IMG/VR virus record: IMGVR_UViG_3300046559_000446
Span: 32,001-96,000 of that record
Reading direction: 5' to 3' (one strand)
Length of the DNA: 64,000 bases
Origin: a virus
Positions 28,559 to 36,692 of the stretch are shown piece after piece; the first letter of the stretch is position 1; each line of letters opens with the position of its first letter. The position numbers and the translations under genes were made by a program. Below the pieces are notes generated by a model. It worked only from the letters and a program-made list of their open reading frames with translations, did no database searches and was not told where the DNA came from.

Positions 28559-30160
28559 ATGGCTGACCCAGCATCTGACGACATCATGATGCCCACCGAC
28601 ACCGCGCCTGTGGCTGGAGCGCCAGGTAAGGTTGACGCGGATCCCGTGGTCGCCAAAGCCTTGCCTGTGGCCAGGGATGCGACGCCGCCCCTGCTCGCGC
28701 GCAAGCCCGCTGCAGAAGATCCATCAGACAAAAAAGGCGGCGACTGGTTCGGGCAGAACCGAAGCTGGCTAATCCCGCTGTTGAGCGGTGTCGGCGGCAT
28801 GGCGTCTTCAAACAGCCCATACCTCGGCACCGCTCTATTGCAGGGCCTCGGACAGGGCGCGCAGGCTTACGCCGGCGAGCAGAGAAGCGAAGCTGAACTG
28901 GCGGGCAAGCAGTCTGAGACGCGGCGCAATGACATTGGCGCAACGACAGAGGCCGCCGCTCTCAAGGAACGCGGCATCTACACGAAGGACGGCCTCCGGA
29001 TGGTCAATCCAGTGGATGGCCCTCCGATGACGTTTGCTGCGTGGCTTCAACTGGAGAAGCAGGGCCGCGCGCCGAAACTTATTGGCGAAGACGAGGTGCG
29101 TGGTTCGGCTGAGTATTCGGGTCACACGAACCAGCCCGTAACCATGACGGGCGGCACAAGCGGTCCTGCCGGCGGTCCAGGCGCAACAGGGACGGCCCCA
29201 GTGGCGGGCGCAGGCGCAACAGACGCGGCCCCGGTAGCGGGCGCAGGCGCAACAGACGCGGCCCCGGTAGCGGGTGGCGCTCCTGCAGGCCATTCTCATT
29301 TCATGCCCGAAGCCAAGCCGCTTCCTCCAAAGACTGATGTGGAGGCATCAACGGGCGTTGGCGGCGCGGGCGAGTCGATCATGAATGAAGCGCATGATCG
29401 CTACTTTATAAATCAAAACGCCTATGCTGCAGCCCAGAAAATATCGGCTCCGCTAGAAGCCAAGATTGCGGGCGATGCGGAAGACGCCAGGTCGCAGCGC
29501 CCTGCCATGAACACTCTGGCCGACAAGCTTCTTCAGATACCCAAAGACAGCCTTTTGAAAGCCGACACTCTAGCTCCGCTCACGCATAACATTGGCAACT
29601 ATTGGAATGCGGCGCTGGGCCGCGCTGCGGCGATGTTCCCTGACAAAAAAGAGGAAATAGCCAAGTTAATGCTAAACGAAGGGGATCTTGAGAAAGGCGT
29701 GGCCGCTGACAAATACACGGCGGCGATGCAATTCATGATGGCTGGTGGCGCGGGGCAGAAGGCTCTCGGCGCCCTTGGGGAAGCTTCAAGAGCCATTCCA
29801 GGCAAGCACATGACCAAAGAGGCTGCGATTTCGGTTTTTCAGGGACTTTATAAAGACCAGCAGCGAGCGATCGATCGCGATGCCTATCTCAACGATTGGA
29901 AGATCAAGGCGAACTCAGGCGACAAGCAAGGAGTGGGGCTTTACGCCGCGCAAGACGCCATGCGCGCTTTTGAGAAGGAGCATGGCGATCGCTACGGGCG
30001 CGAGGGCAATTTGTTTGAAGACATCATGAAGATCCAGCATGACAAGACCCATCGTCACCTCTTCTCCGACATCCAGAGCGGTGCAATTTCACCGGATGAC
30101 ATAGAGAAACGGAAGGAGTGGAGGCATATGTCCCGCTGGTTCAGAAATTATGGAGGGTGA
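28559..30160 (+). CDS. Internal virion (ejection) protein
   Basis: GGAGG RBS; IPLLSGVGGMASS hydrophobic helix; helical content and position typical of DNA-transfer proteins. Confidence 0.6.
   Translation: MADPASDDIMMPTDTAPVAGAPGKVDADPVVAKALPVARDATPPLLARKPAAEDPSDKKGGDWFGQNRSWLIPLLSGVGGMASSNSPYLGTALLQGLGQGAQAYAGEQRSEAELAGKQSETRRNDIGATTEAAALKERGIYTKDGLRMVNPVDGPPMTFAAWLQLEKQGRAPKLIGEDEVRGSAEYSGHTNQPVTMTGGTSGPAGGPGATGTAPVAGAGATDAAPVAGAGATDAAPVAGGAPAGHSHFMPEAKPLPPKTDVEASTGVGGAGESIMNEAHDRYFINQNAYAAAQKISAPLEAKIAGDAEDARSQRPAMNTLADKLLQIPKDSLLKADTLAPLTHNIGNYWNAALGRAAAMFPDKKEEIAKLMLNEGDLEKGVAADKYTAAMQFMMAGGAGQKALGALGEASRAIPGKHMTKEAAISVFQGLYKDQQRAIDRDAYLNDWKIKANSGDKQGVGLYAAQDAMRAFEKEHGDRYGREGNLFEDIMKIQHDKTHRHLFSDIQSGAISPDDIEKRKEWRHMSRWFRNYGG
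29187..29280 (+). repeat. 30-bp coding tandem repeat (APVAGAGATD)
   Basis: gcgggcgcaggcgcaacagacgcggccccggta repeated; boundaries approximate. Confidence 0.7.
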
Positions 30161-30163
30161 GCC

Positions 30164-32296
30164 GTGGGTGACATTGGCGAATACAACACATCGAGTGACG
30201 CCAAGGCTCCTACTGCGGCTGCGCCCATTGAAGCTGGAGCTTCCGACGCTGCATCGAGGCCTGACGCACACCCGATCCACGAATACAATACACCAAGCGA
30301 TGCCGCCTCTACGGAGGCAAAGGTTGAGACGCCGAAGCCGCCGCCTGATTACGCCAATATGTCCGGTTGGGATGTCGCTAAAGGCACTGCCAAAGCTTTT
30401 ATTCCGTCAGCAGCCGCGAAAGTGGGCGACGTAGTTTCAGGCTTGGGCAGCGCGGCCAAGCATGTCTATGACACGCATGAGCTTCCCGGCAAAGATCTGG
30501 TTCAAGGCGCCGATGCGTGGGTCAACAGGAAGCTTTCGGACTATGCTCCCGAAACCATGAAGGTGGTCAACAAGGCGATAGGCTACACGCCGCCTTCGGA
30601 CGCGGAGTACGAGGCGAAGGTGAAGCCGGCGACCGAAGCTGCTTCCGCTGCTTACCACAGCACCGTGGACCCCTTCACATCGTGGCCTAAGTTCGCTGAG
30701 AAGATGACCACAGACCCTGTAGATCCGCTGCTCAACGTCGCCAGCGTGGCGATGCCGGCTCTGCGCGTGGCCAGAACCGGAGCCGAATTGACTGGCTTGG
30801 CTTCCAAGGCTGGCAAGGCGGCTGACCTCACTAAGGTGACGACCCCCGGCGAGCTAGGCCAGGCTGTCCACGGCGCTGCGTCTGAGGCGCTCGCCGCGAA
30901 AGATCTCGCTTATAAGAAAGCTTTCAGCCACACCGCTACGTTTGACCCCGCTGCGGTTCAACCCATCATGAGCGAAGTGCAGGCCAATCTCGCCAACACG
31001 CCAAACTTCCCAGGCTTGAACCGTCTTGACAAGCACCCGCACCTCGCGGACGCCAAGGTGGCGTATGACCATTTGGAGAACAGCCTCAAAACCATAGACC
31101 CGAATGATTTCACCATGCCGAACATGGAGAACATCAGGCGCGACCTCCAGCAGAAGGCGATGGAGACAGAAAGCGGCCCCGCTCGCTACATGATCGGCCA
31201 GATGATCGACGGAATCGACACTGGCATCAGCAAGGTGGCCGTGAAGCCGGGAATGTACGGCGGCGACGGCGCTGCGGTGGCGAGCGACATGGCCAAAGCT
31301 CGCAAGTTGAACGTCGACTGGATCAAGCAATTCGGCAGTGAGGCGCCATCGAGCTTCAAGCCCACGATGAACACGCTCCCGAAAGACCTGGCGACGGCTG
31401 ACGACAACCACTTCCACGCCGTCGGCACGGGCCTCGGCAATGCGCTGATGAATGAGGGCAAGGGCGGCGTTCTCTACAGCCATCTCAAGCAGTTTGTGCC
31501 GAAGGAAACACTCGACAATTACCTGCGCCAGCCGATGCTGGCGGGCGATTCGGCAACCGTGATGAAGCGTCTAAACGCGCCCGTCGCGCAGGATGTCTTT
31601 GGCTCCGATCTGGACAAGGTCAAGAGACTAGCCGCCTCACAGGACACCAAGACGCTCATGGGCAAGGCGGCCCCGGTCGCTAAGTGGGGGTTGGAGGCAG
31701 CGGCGCCTTTCGTTGGCCACGCGCTGCTTCCGGGTGGCGGCGGCGCCTTGGCTGGGGCAGCAGTGAGTGGTATTGGGGAGCTTGCGAGCAGGAAGTTTTT
31801 CCCGCACGGCGTCGGCAACAGGGCGCCGCTTTTTGAGCGTTATGCAGGCAAGCCGGCGCCTGCGGCGGCCCTGCCAGATAAAGGATTGCGCGCCGCGCTC
31901 CCGCTGGTGAGGCCAAGTAGCTACACGCAATTCCTTAAGCCTTCAACCTACAAGGGCGGGAGGCTTCCTGCAGCAGCCATCGCCGGCCATCGCCCGCCTG
32001 TCGGCGGCGCGCCCATCGCGCCCATCGCGCCTGTCGCCGCCGCCCCGGCCCCAGTGACCGCAGACGCGGAGGCGCGCGTCGATCCGTTGGCGGGAATGTC
32101 TTATGGCTATGACCCCACGGGGAAAAATCGATACGCCAGCGGCGGCGCCGTGAAAGGGCACCAGCACCTGGTCGATCGACTGTTCTCCGCAGCAGAGCGC
32201 GCCAAGCGCGAGGAAAAAGCGCATACTGCAGACATCCTGCACCAGCCGGATGAGGCGGTCGCAAAAGCCCTACACGTCGCCCAGGCGGCTATCTGA
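30164..32296 (+). CDS. Internal virion (ejection) protein with C-terminal YASGG tag
   Basis: GTG start with GGAGGG RBS; 710 aa, helical. Confidence 0.65.
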   Translation: MGDIGEYNTSSDAKAPTAAAPIEAGASDAASRPDAHPIHEYNTPSDAASTEAKVETPKPPPDYANMSGWDVAKGTAKAFIPSAAAKVGDVVSGLGSAAKHVYDTHELPGKDLVQGADAWVNRKLSDYAPETMKVVNKAIGYTPPSDAEYEAKVKPATEAASAAYHSTVDPFTSWPKFAEKMTTDPVDPLLNVASVAMPALRVARTGAELTGLASKAGKAADLTKVTTPGELGQAVHGAASEALAAKDLAYKKAFSHTATFDPAAVQPIMSEVQANLANTPNFPGLNRLDKHPHLADAKVAYDHLENSLKTIDPNDFTMPNMENIRRDLQQKAMETESGPARYMIGQMIDGIDTGISKVAVKPGMYGGDGAAVASDMAKARKLNVDWIKQFGSEAPSSFKPTMNTLPKDLATADDNHFHAVGTGLGNALMNEGKGGVLYSHLKQFVPKETLDNYLRQPMLAGDSATVMKRLNAPVAQDVFGSDLDKVKRLAASQDTKTLMGKAAPVAKWGLEAAAPFVGHALLPGGGGALAGAAVSGIGELASRKFFPHGVGNRAPLFERYAGKPAPAAALPDKGLRAALPLVRPSSYTQFLKPSTYKGGRLPAAAIAGHRPPVGGAPIAPIAPVAAAPAPVTADAEARVDPLAGMSYGYDPTGKNRYASGGAVKGHQHLVDRLFSAAERAKREEKAHTADILHQPDEAVAKALHVAQAAI

Positions 32297-32306
32297 GGAT
32301 CTGGCC

Positions 32307-33341
32307 ATGGTGGAGCAGTACAGCGACAACAAACACTTCGATCTGCCTGATCCTGGGGCGCCGACGTGGAACAATCCGACCAACAGCAATTGGCGGCTGG
32401 CGGATGCGGCGTTTGCTGCGGCTCAGTATGTCGACTATGGCGCTGGCGACAAAGCTGGCGCTGTTTTGCTGACGCCGCTCTTTCCTCTTCCTGGCAATGT
32501 GTCGCCCAATGCCGTGGCGGGATCTTGCATTCCGAGCATCATAATTTGTATCGGCACACCAACTGGATACATCTCTCTTGGATTTCCCAAGGGCATTACG
32601 GGTTCATGGACTGTTTTGAACTACACTGGCGGCGCTAACTCCGTGCTGCACTGCTATTGCTATGATCCTGTTGGCGGCGCTCAAATAGGCGGCGGCATTG
32701 ACATGACATCTGGGGAGACGCTGCAGATCGTCTCAAACGGAGGTGGCCTTTTCGCTGTTGGAGCGACGCCGCCCTCTGGCGCCATCGCCATGGTCAGCGA
32801 AGTGAAGATTTGGGCGGCTCAGTCTGATTATGTTCCGCCGCTGTGGTTCCTGTGCAACGGGCAGGCGCTTGACAGCGTCACCTACAATTTGCTGTTCGCC
32901 AGGATCGGCGGCGCTTATGGCTACAATTCTTCTGCAAGTCCGCACCCGACTTTCAATGTTCCCGATCTGCGCGGTCGCGTTGTCGCCGGCGTCGATCACG
33001 GCATAGGGCGCTTGCCTGGCTGGGCGTTAAATTCCGGGACCGACGCCAATCACGTCAACCTGAACTACAACCAGATGCCGCGCCACCAGCACACTGATTA
33101 CGGCCACAACCATCCCGATCCGGGCCACGTTCACGTCATGGGGGGCTACCGGCTTGAGCAGGCCTACCCTCAAGGCATTGCTTTCGGCAACGGCTGGCAA
33201 ATAGGAAACAAGAACACCGAAGCGTCGGGAGCTAATCTTCAAGCCGCCGCCGCCAACATTTCCTGGGAAGGCTGGGGAACGGACGTCAGCGTCATTCAGC
33301 CGACGCTCGCCCTGAACTACATCATCTACGCCGGCCAGTGA
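32307..33341 (+). CDS. Tail collar domain protein
   Basis: WFLCNGQAL...YNLLFARIG...TFNVPDLRGRVVAG...HQH...VIQPTLALNYIIY. Confidence 0.85.
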   Translation: MVEQYSDNKHFDLPDPGAPTWNNPTNSNWRLADAAFAAAQYVDYGAGDKAGAVLLTPLFPLPGNVSPNAVAGSCIPSIIICIGTPTGYISLGFPKGITGSWTVLNYTGGANSVLHCYCYDPVGGAQIGGGIDMTSGETLQIVSNGGGLFAVGATPPSGAIAMVSEVKIWAAQSDYVPPLWFLCNGQALDSVTYNLLFARIGGAYGYNSSASPHPTFNVPDLRGRVVAGVDHGIGRLPGWALNSGTDANHVNLNYNQMPRHQHTDYGHNHPDPGHVHVMGGYRLEQAYPQGIAFGNGWQIGNKNTEASGANLQAAAANISWEGWGTDVSVIQPTLALNYIIYAGQ

Positions 33342-33785
33342 TTAGCTCGCCAGCCGTTGGACGTAGCATGCCAGCATGTGCTTGCGGCAATAGATGGTCG
33401 TGCCCGGTTTATCGACCCGCTCGCAGCAATAGGTCACGCCCGCCGGCGATCGCGCATCGCCAAACGGATAGCGGCAGGTGAAAGCCGTCAGGCCCATGAT
33501 CGTCCGATCCTGAACAGGCGGCGCGATCGGCGCGGCGGGTGCGGCGATTGTTTTCATTTTGGGCGTCCTCGGCGGTCTGGGTGGCGTCGGCTCTTTGGGC
33601 GACACTGCACCCTCGGCCCGACTGACGTCGAATCCGCGAGCGCGGAGCCTGGATATGACGCCGATGATCGCGTTCTTGGTTTTCCCCAGCTTTGCGCCAG
33701 CCTGCGTTCCTGTCAGACCGGCCTTCCACAGGGCCAGGATCGCGACCTCGTCGCTGTTCATTTCAGTTCGTTTGTTGTGCGTCAT
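33342..33785 (-). CDS. gcrA: GcrA-like cell-cycle transcription regulator
   Basis: LWKAG...IA.KLG.TKNAIIG-type N-terminal HTH; TCRYPFGD...YC...YCRKH C-terminal Cys motif. Confidence 0.85.
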   Translation of the reverse strand: MTHNKRTEMNSDEVAILALWKAGLTGTQAGAKLGKTKNAIIGVISRLRARGFDVSRAEGAVSPKEPTPPRPPRTPKMKTIAAPAAPIAPPVQDRTIMGLTAFTCRYPFGDARSPAGVTYCCERVDKPGTTIYCRKHMLACYVQRLAS

Positions 33786-34008
33786 TTAGAATGTTCTCGT
33801 ATTTCACGCCGCAGAACGGGCAATGTGTCGGGACGATGAGCGGCATCTTTTTGCCCACGCTACTGACGATTTTTTCAGTCGCGAGCAGCGTAGGGATAAC
33901 GACCAGGTGGCCATTGGTGATGTGAAAAGCCTGGGCCAGCCTGGTGTTATTGTCGGCAATCAGCGCATTCATTTCGTCGGCGCAATTGCAGGTCACGGCG
34001 CTCTCCAT
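33763..34008 (-). CDS. Small Zn-binding hypothetical protein (CNC...CPFCG)
   Basis: Start moved to MESAVTC; Cys pairs at both ends. Confidence 0.6.
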   Translation of the reverse strand: MESAVTCNCADEMNALIADNNTRLAQAFHITNGHLVVIPTLLATEKIVSSVGKKMPLIVPTHCPFCGVKYENILNDAQQTN

Positions 34009-34217
34009 GTCGCGAGGGGTTTTGGGTTGAAAAGCAGCGAGGCCTCCACCGTGGCATTGTGACGCGCCTTGACGCGATGCAGGACGTAGGGTGCGGCGAT
34101 CGTCGAGGCGCTCCACATTGCTACAGCCAAGCTTAAGCTTAATTTCTTTACCATATCGCCACCAGCATCGCAAAGGCGCACACCCCTGATATAGCGCCGA
34201 TCAGGTATCCTTCCCAA
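33993..34217 (-). CDS. Hypothetical protein
   Basis: Fills the gap in the minus-strand operon; start uncertain. Confidence 0.35.
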   Translation of the reverse strand: MGRIPDRRYIRGVRLCDAGGDMVKKLSLSLAVAMWSASTIAAPYVLHRVKARHNATVEASLLFNPKPLATWRAP

Positions 34218-34220
34218 AAA

Positions 34221-34598
34221 CTACCGCTCATTTTGGTCCTCCACTTTTTCCGTGATTCGGGCATTTTCAATTTTCTTGTCGACGATCGCCAGGATCTCTG
34301 CGTAGTTCTGCTGGATCTCAACGCGCAGCGCCCTGTAGGCGTCCGCTTTGCTGGCGTACCAGGGACCGCCGGTGCCCTGGGAATCGGTCCTGTCGGTCCT
34401 GCTGTAGCTGTGAGCGCCGGCCCTAAAGCAGCCGACGCCGACTTCCCGATTATACTGGTTGAAAGCCCAGCCGATCTGGAGCAGTTCGCTGGGGACCAGC
34501 CTGAACAGCGTAAAATCGCGAAAGCGCATGGCGCGCGCTTCGTCTAGCTGTTTTAGCGTCGCCGCGAACGCCGCCTTCTCAAGCTTGGTCATGGACAT
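34221..34598 (-). CDS. Hypothetical phage protein
   Basis: 125 aa in the minus-strand operon. Confidence 0.65.
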   Translation of the reverse strand: MSMTKLEKAAFAATLKQLDEARAMRFRDFTLFRLVPSELLQIGWAFNQYNREVGVGCFRAGAHSYSRTDRTDSQGTGGPWYASKADAYRALRVEIQQNYAEILAIVDKKIENARITEKVEDQNER

Positions 34599-35056
34599 TG
34601 TTTTAGCCTCGTCTTGAAGCCCAGCTTGCGGCTGGTTTCATTGAACTTTTCGGCGGTCGCCCTGTCCAGGTTGATGCCGCTCTTGATGGCGATCAGCGAC
34701 ACATAAACCATGACGTCGCCCAGTTCTGTCGCCAGATCGCGGACACTGGCGCGTGAGCCGTCGAGGCCCAGGCGCTCGCGCTCCAGCTTTTTGATCACGT
34801 TGCAGGCTTCGCCCATTTCGCCGGCGGCGGCGTTGCCGTAATAGGACAGGTCGAGCTTGTCGCTGTTCTTCCATTCAAGCTGGCGGGCGATGTTGGCCTC
34901 TTCCAGCGTGTCATAATAGATGACGGGTTGGGCCTTTCTGGGTATGGGCTGCACCTTTTCAAGCACCCCAGTAATCAAGTTGTGGGCGACTATTTGATCC
35001 ATGCAAGCTTTGTGGGCGAGCAGTATGCTCATGGCGTCAATTTCTTCAGGGGTCAT
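34589..35056 (-). CDS. mazG: MazG-like nucleotide pyrophosphohydrolase
   Basis: GEMGEACNVIKK...ELGDVMVY...GINL..A..EKF MazG signature. Confidence 0.85.
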   Translation of the reverse strand: MTPEEIDAMSILLAHKACMDQIVAHNLITGVLEKVQPIPRKAQPVIYYDTLEEANIARQLEWKNSDKLDLSYYGNAAAGEMGEACNVIKKLERERLGLDGSRASVRDLATELGDVMVYVSLIAIKSGINLDRATAEKFNETSRKLGFKTRLKQCP

Positions 35057-35105
35057 GTTTGGGTTCCTTGTGTTTGGGCGGGGGCGGATCTAGCCGCCCC
35101 CTCGG

Positions 35106-35756
35106 TCAGACCGGTTGACGAAAAGCGACGATGCGGCGGATCGACACCATGCCATAGCCGACATTGTGCCGGTGGTTGCCCGACAGCAGCAGGATCGAGC
35201 TAGGATAGACTTTGGCGACGACGCCGATGTGATGCGGCAGGACAGCGATCGCGCCGGGCTTGGGCGCGCTGGGGCGGCCATAGCGGGCATAATCGACGGC
35301 GGCGAGCGACCCTAGGCGGGAATAGCCGGCCTCGCGCAGCCACAGACCCACGGAGGCCGCGCACCAGGGGCCATTGAAGCCGGTGAAGTTGCCGCCGCCG
35401 ATATAACGCTCCGCGACGTGCAGGAGGCGCGTATCGCCGCTCAGGGACGCCGTGGGCGTGTAGAAGCGAAAGCCGAATAGGCTGAAGCCCTGATCGGGTT
35501 CAGGGGCCACCGCCGCCGCCGCGCGCGCATAGACGCGGCGCTGATAGTGATGGTGGTGATGATGCGCGACAGGGCGCCAACGATGATACACGCGGCGAGG
35601 CTTCAAGCTTTGGAACGATCGCTCTTGCGCCTCCATGCCGAAAATGCGCCGGATGTTGAAATTTTGACTGGACGTTTGCGGCGGCGGGTCCACACTAGCA
35701 AATGCCGGCGAGGAACACGCCACGAGTAGAGCCGTGACGGCGAGCAGCTTTCGCAT
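35106..35756 (-). CDS. Signal-peptide protein with CHAP/NlpC-P60-like amidase domain (TIGR02594-like)
   Basis: MRKLLAVTALLVACSSPAFA leader; PWCAASV (Cys)...HIGVV (His)...LSGNH. Confidence 0.75.
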   Translation of the reverse strand: MRKLLAVTALLVACSSPAFASVDPPPQTSSQNFNIRRIFGMEAQERSFQSLKPRRVYHRWRPVAHHHHHHYQRRVYARAAAAVAPEPDQGFSLFGFRFYTPTASLSGDTRLLHVAERYIGGGNFTGFNGPWCAASVGLWLREAGYSRLGSLAAVDYARYGRPSAPKPGAIAVLPHHIGVVAKVYPSSILLLSGNHRHNVGYGMVSIRRIVAFRQPV

Positions 35757-35776
35757 CTTGCATCCTTTCTGGACAT

Positions 35777-35811
35777 AAAAAGAGCGCGCCCTGCGCGAAC
35801 AGGACGCGCTC
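35777..35811 (-). terminator. Intrinsic terminator (minus strand)
   Basis: Minus strand GAGCGCGTCCTG-TTCGCG-CAGGGCGCGCTC followed by TTTTT. Confidence 0.7.
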
Positions 35812-35835
35812 AATTACTCAACTAGGACGTGACGA

Positions 35836-36198
35836 TCAGTGACCGGCGACGCCGCCGCCAACCGCGATCACGCTCGATCCGCCGCTGGTGGTCGAACCGG
35901 CAAGGCCATTGCCGGAAGACGCAGCGAGGGTCGAAGAGGTCGAGGACGCCGTTCCGGCGCCGCCGCCACCCGCGATGGCCGGGCCGAAGAAGCCGCCGAC
36001 AGCGACGCCCCCGCCGCCCGCAACGCCGCTCGCAGAGGCGGTCGTGCCGCCAATGGCCGAAGCATGACCCAGCGAACCCGTCAGGGTGCTGGAGTGAGTG
36101 CTGGTGATGACGGTGCCGCCACCCACGCCGAAGTCGAGGGCGAAAGCCGGGGCCGCAAGCATCGACAGGCCGGCGGCGAGAACAAAGATCTTCTTCAT
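35836..36198 (-). CDS. Secreted Gly/Ser/Ala-rich low-complexity protein
   Basis: MKKIFVLAAGLSMLAAPAFA signal peptide; GAGGA RBS. Confidence 0.7.
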   Translation of the reverse strand: MKKIFVLAAGLSMLAAPAFALDFGVGGGTVITSTHSSTLTGSLGHASAIGGTTASASGVAGGGGVAVGGFFGPAIAGGGGAGTASSTSSTLAASSGNGLAGSTTSGGSSVIAVGGGVAGH

Positions 36199-36258
36199 GC
36201 TGTAATTCCTCACACAGTGTGTTGCCAGGGAAGCCGCCCTGGCGCGGATATCGAATTA

Positions 36259-36419
36259 ATCGGCGGGTCTAGCAGCGGGATCGAACCGACACACCCGTCG
36301 CGGACAACTTACGTTGCAGCGAGAATAGAACCATCTCTTGTTGCCCACCCCCGGCCTTGTCGAGGTAAGAGCTTGCCCGCGCTTCGTACCTTACTCGCGG
36401 GTTCATCTGGCCCGCCGAT
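36259..36419 (+). ncRNA. Candidate structured ncRNA (about 160 nt, closed multi-stem)
   Basis: Terminal stem 36259-36272 / 36407-36419 plus three internal hairpins; G-U wobbles work on the + strand. Confidence 0.4.
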
Positions 36420-36496
36420 CAACTACCCCTTGCGGGATTTCAAAACCACTGACCGCCCTCCGAAACCGCTTAAGTGACAAGTTCGGCCAGTGGCTT

Positions 36497-36692
36497 GCTT
36501 GCTTTCGTGGCTGGATCCATTTGGAGCAAACCCAGAACGCCCCGCTCTCCACGGGGGACGCAAGATCTCTTCATGACCGCCGAGCCGGTGGGGACGAACC
36601 CTTCACCTTCCCTCGGCGGTCAGCTTGCTTTCGTGGCTCGCTGATGAGCAAGGGCCACGCCCGCCCGGTTCGGCGCGCGGGGACGCAAGATC
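36497..36692. repeat. Two copies of a ~70-nt structured motif at 125-126 nt spacing
   Basis: GCTTGCTTTCGTGGCT at 36497 and 36623; GGGGACGCAAGATC at 36554 and 36679. Confidence 0.8.

Noticed and set aside
26337-28574. 745-aa minus-strand ORF, and other long antisense ORFs such as 14848-16062, 23667-24944, 51127-52305 and 7219-7917
   Set aside because: Shadow frames of GC-rich + strand genes; Arg/Ala-rich with no recognisable motifs
36277-36287. GGTTCGATCCC (tRNA T-loop-like) on the minus strand
   Set aside because: No matching T-stem, acceptor stem, anticodon arm or CCA could be built, so no tRNA or tmRNA is called
36641-36648. CTGATGAG hammerhead-core-like sequence
   Set aside because: Not followed by a stem II and GAAA; absent from the second repeat unit
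36497-36692. Repeat-spacer pattern considered as a mini CRISPR array
   Set aside because: Only two copies, split conserved blocks, a period of about 126 nt, and no adjacent cas genes
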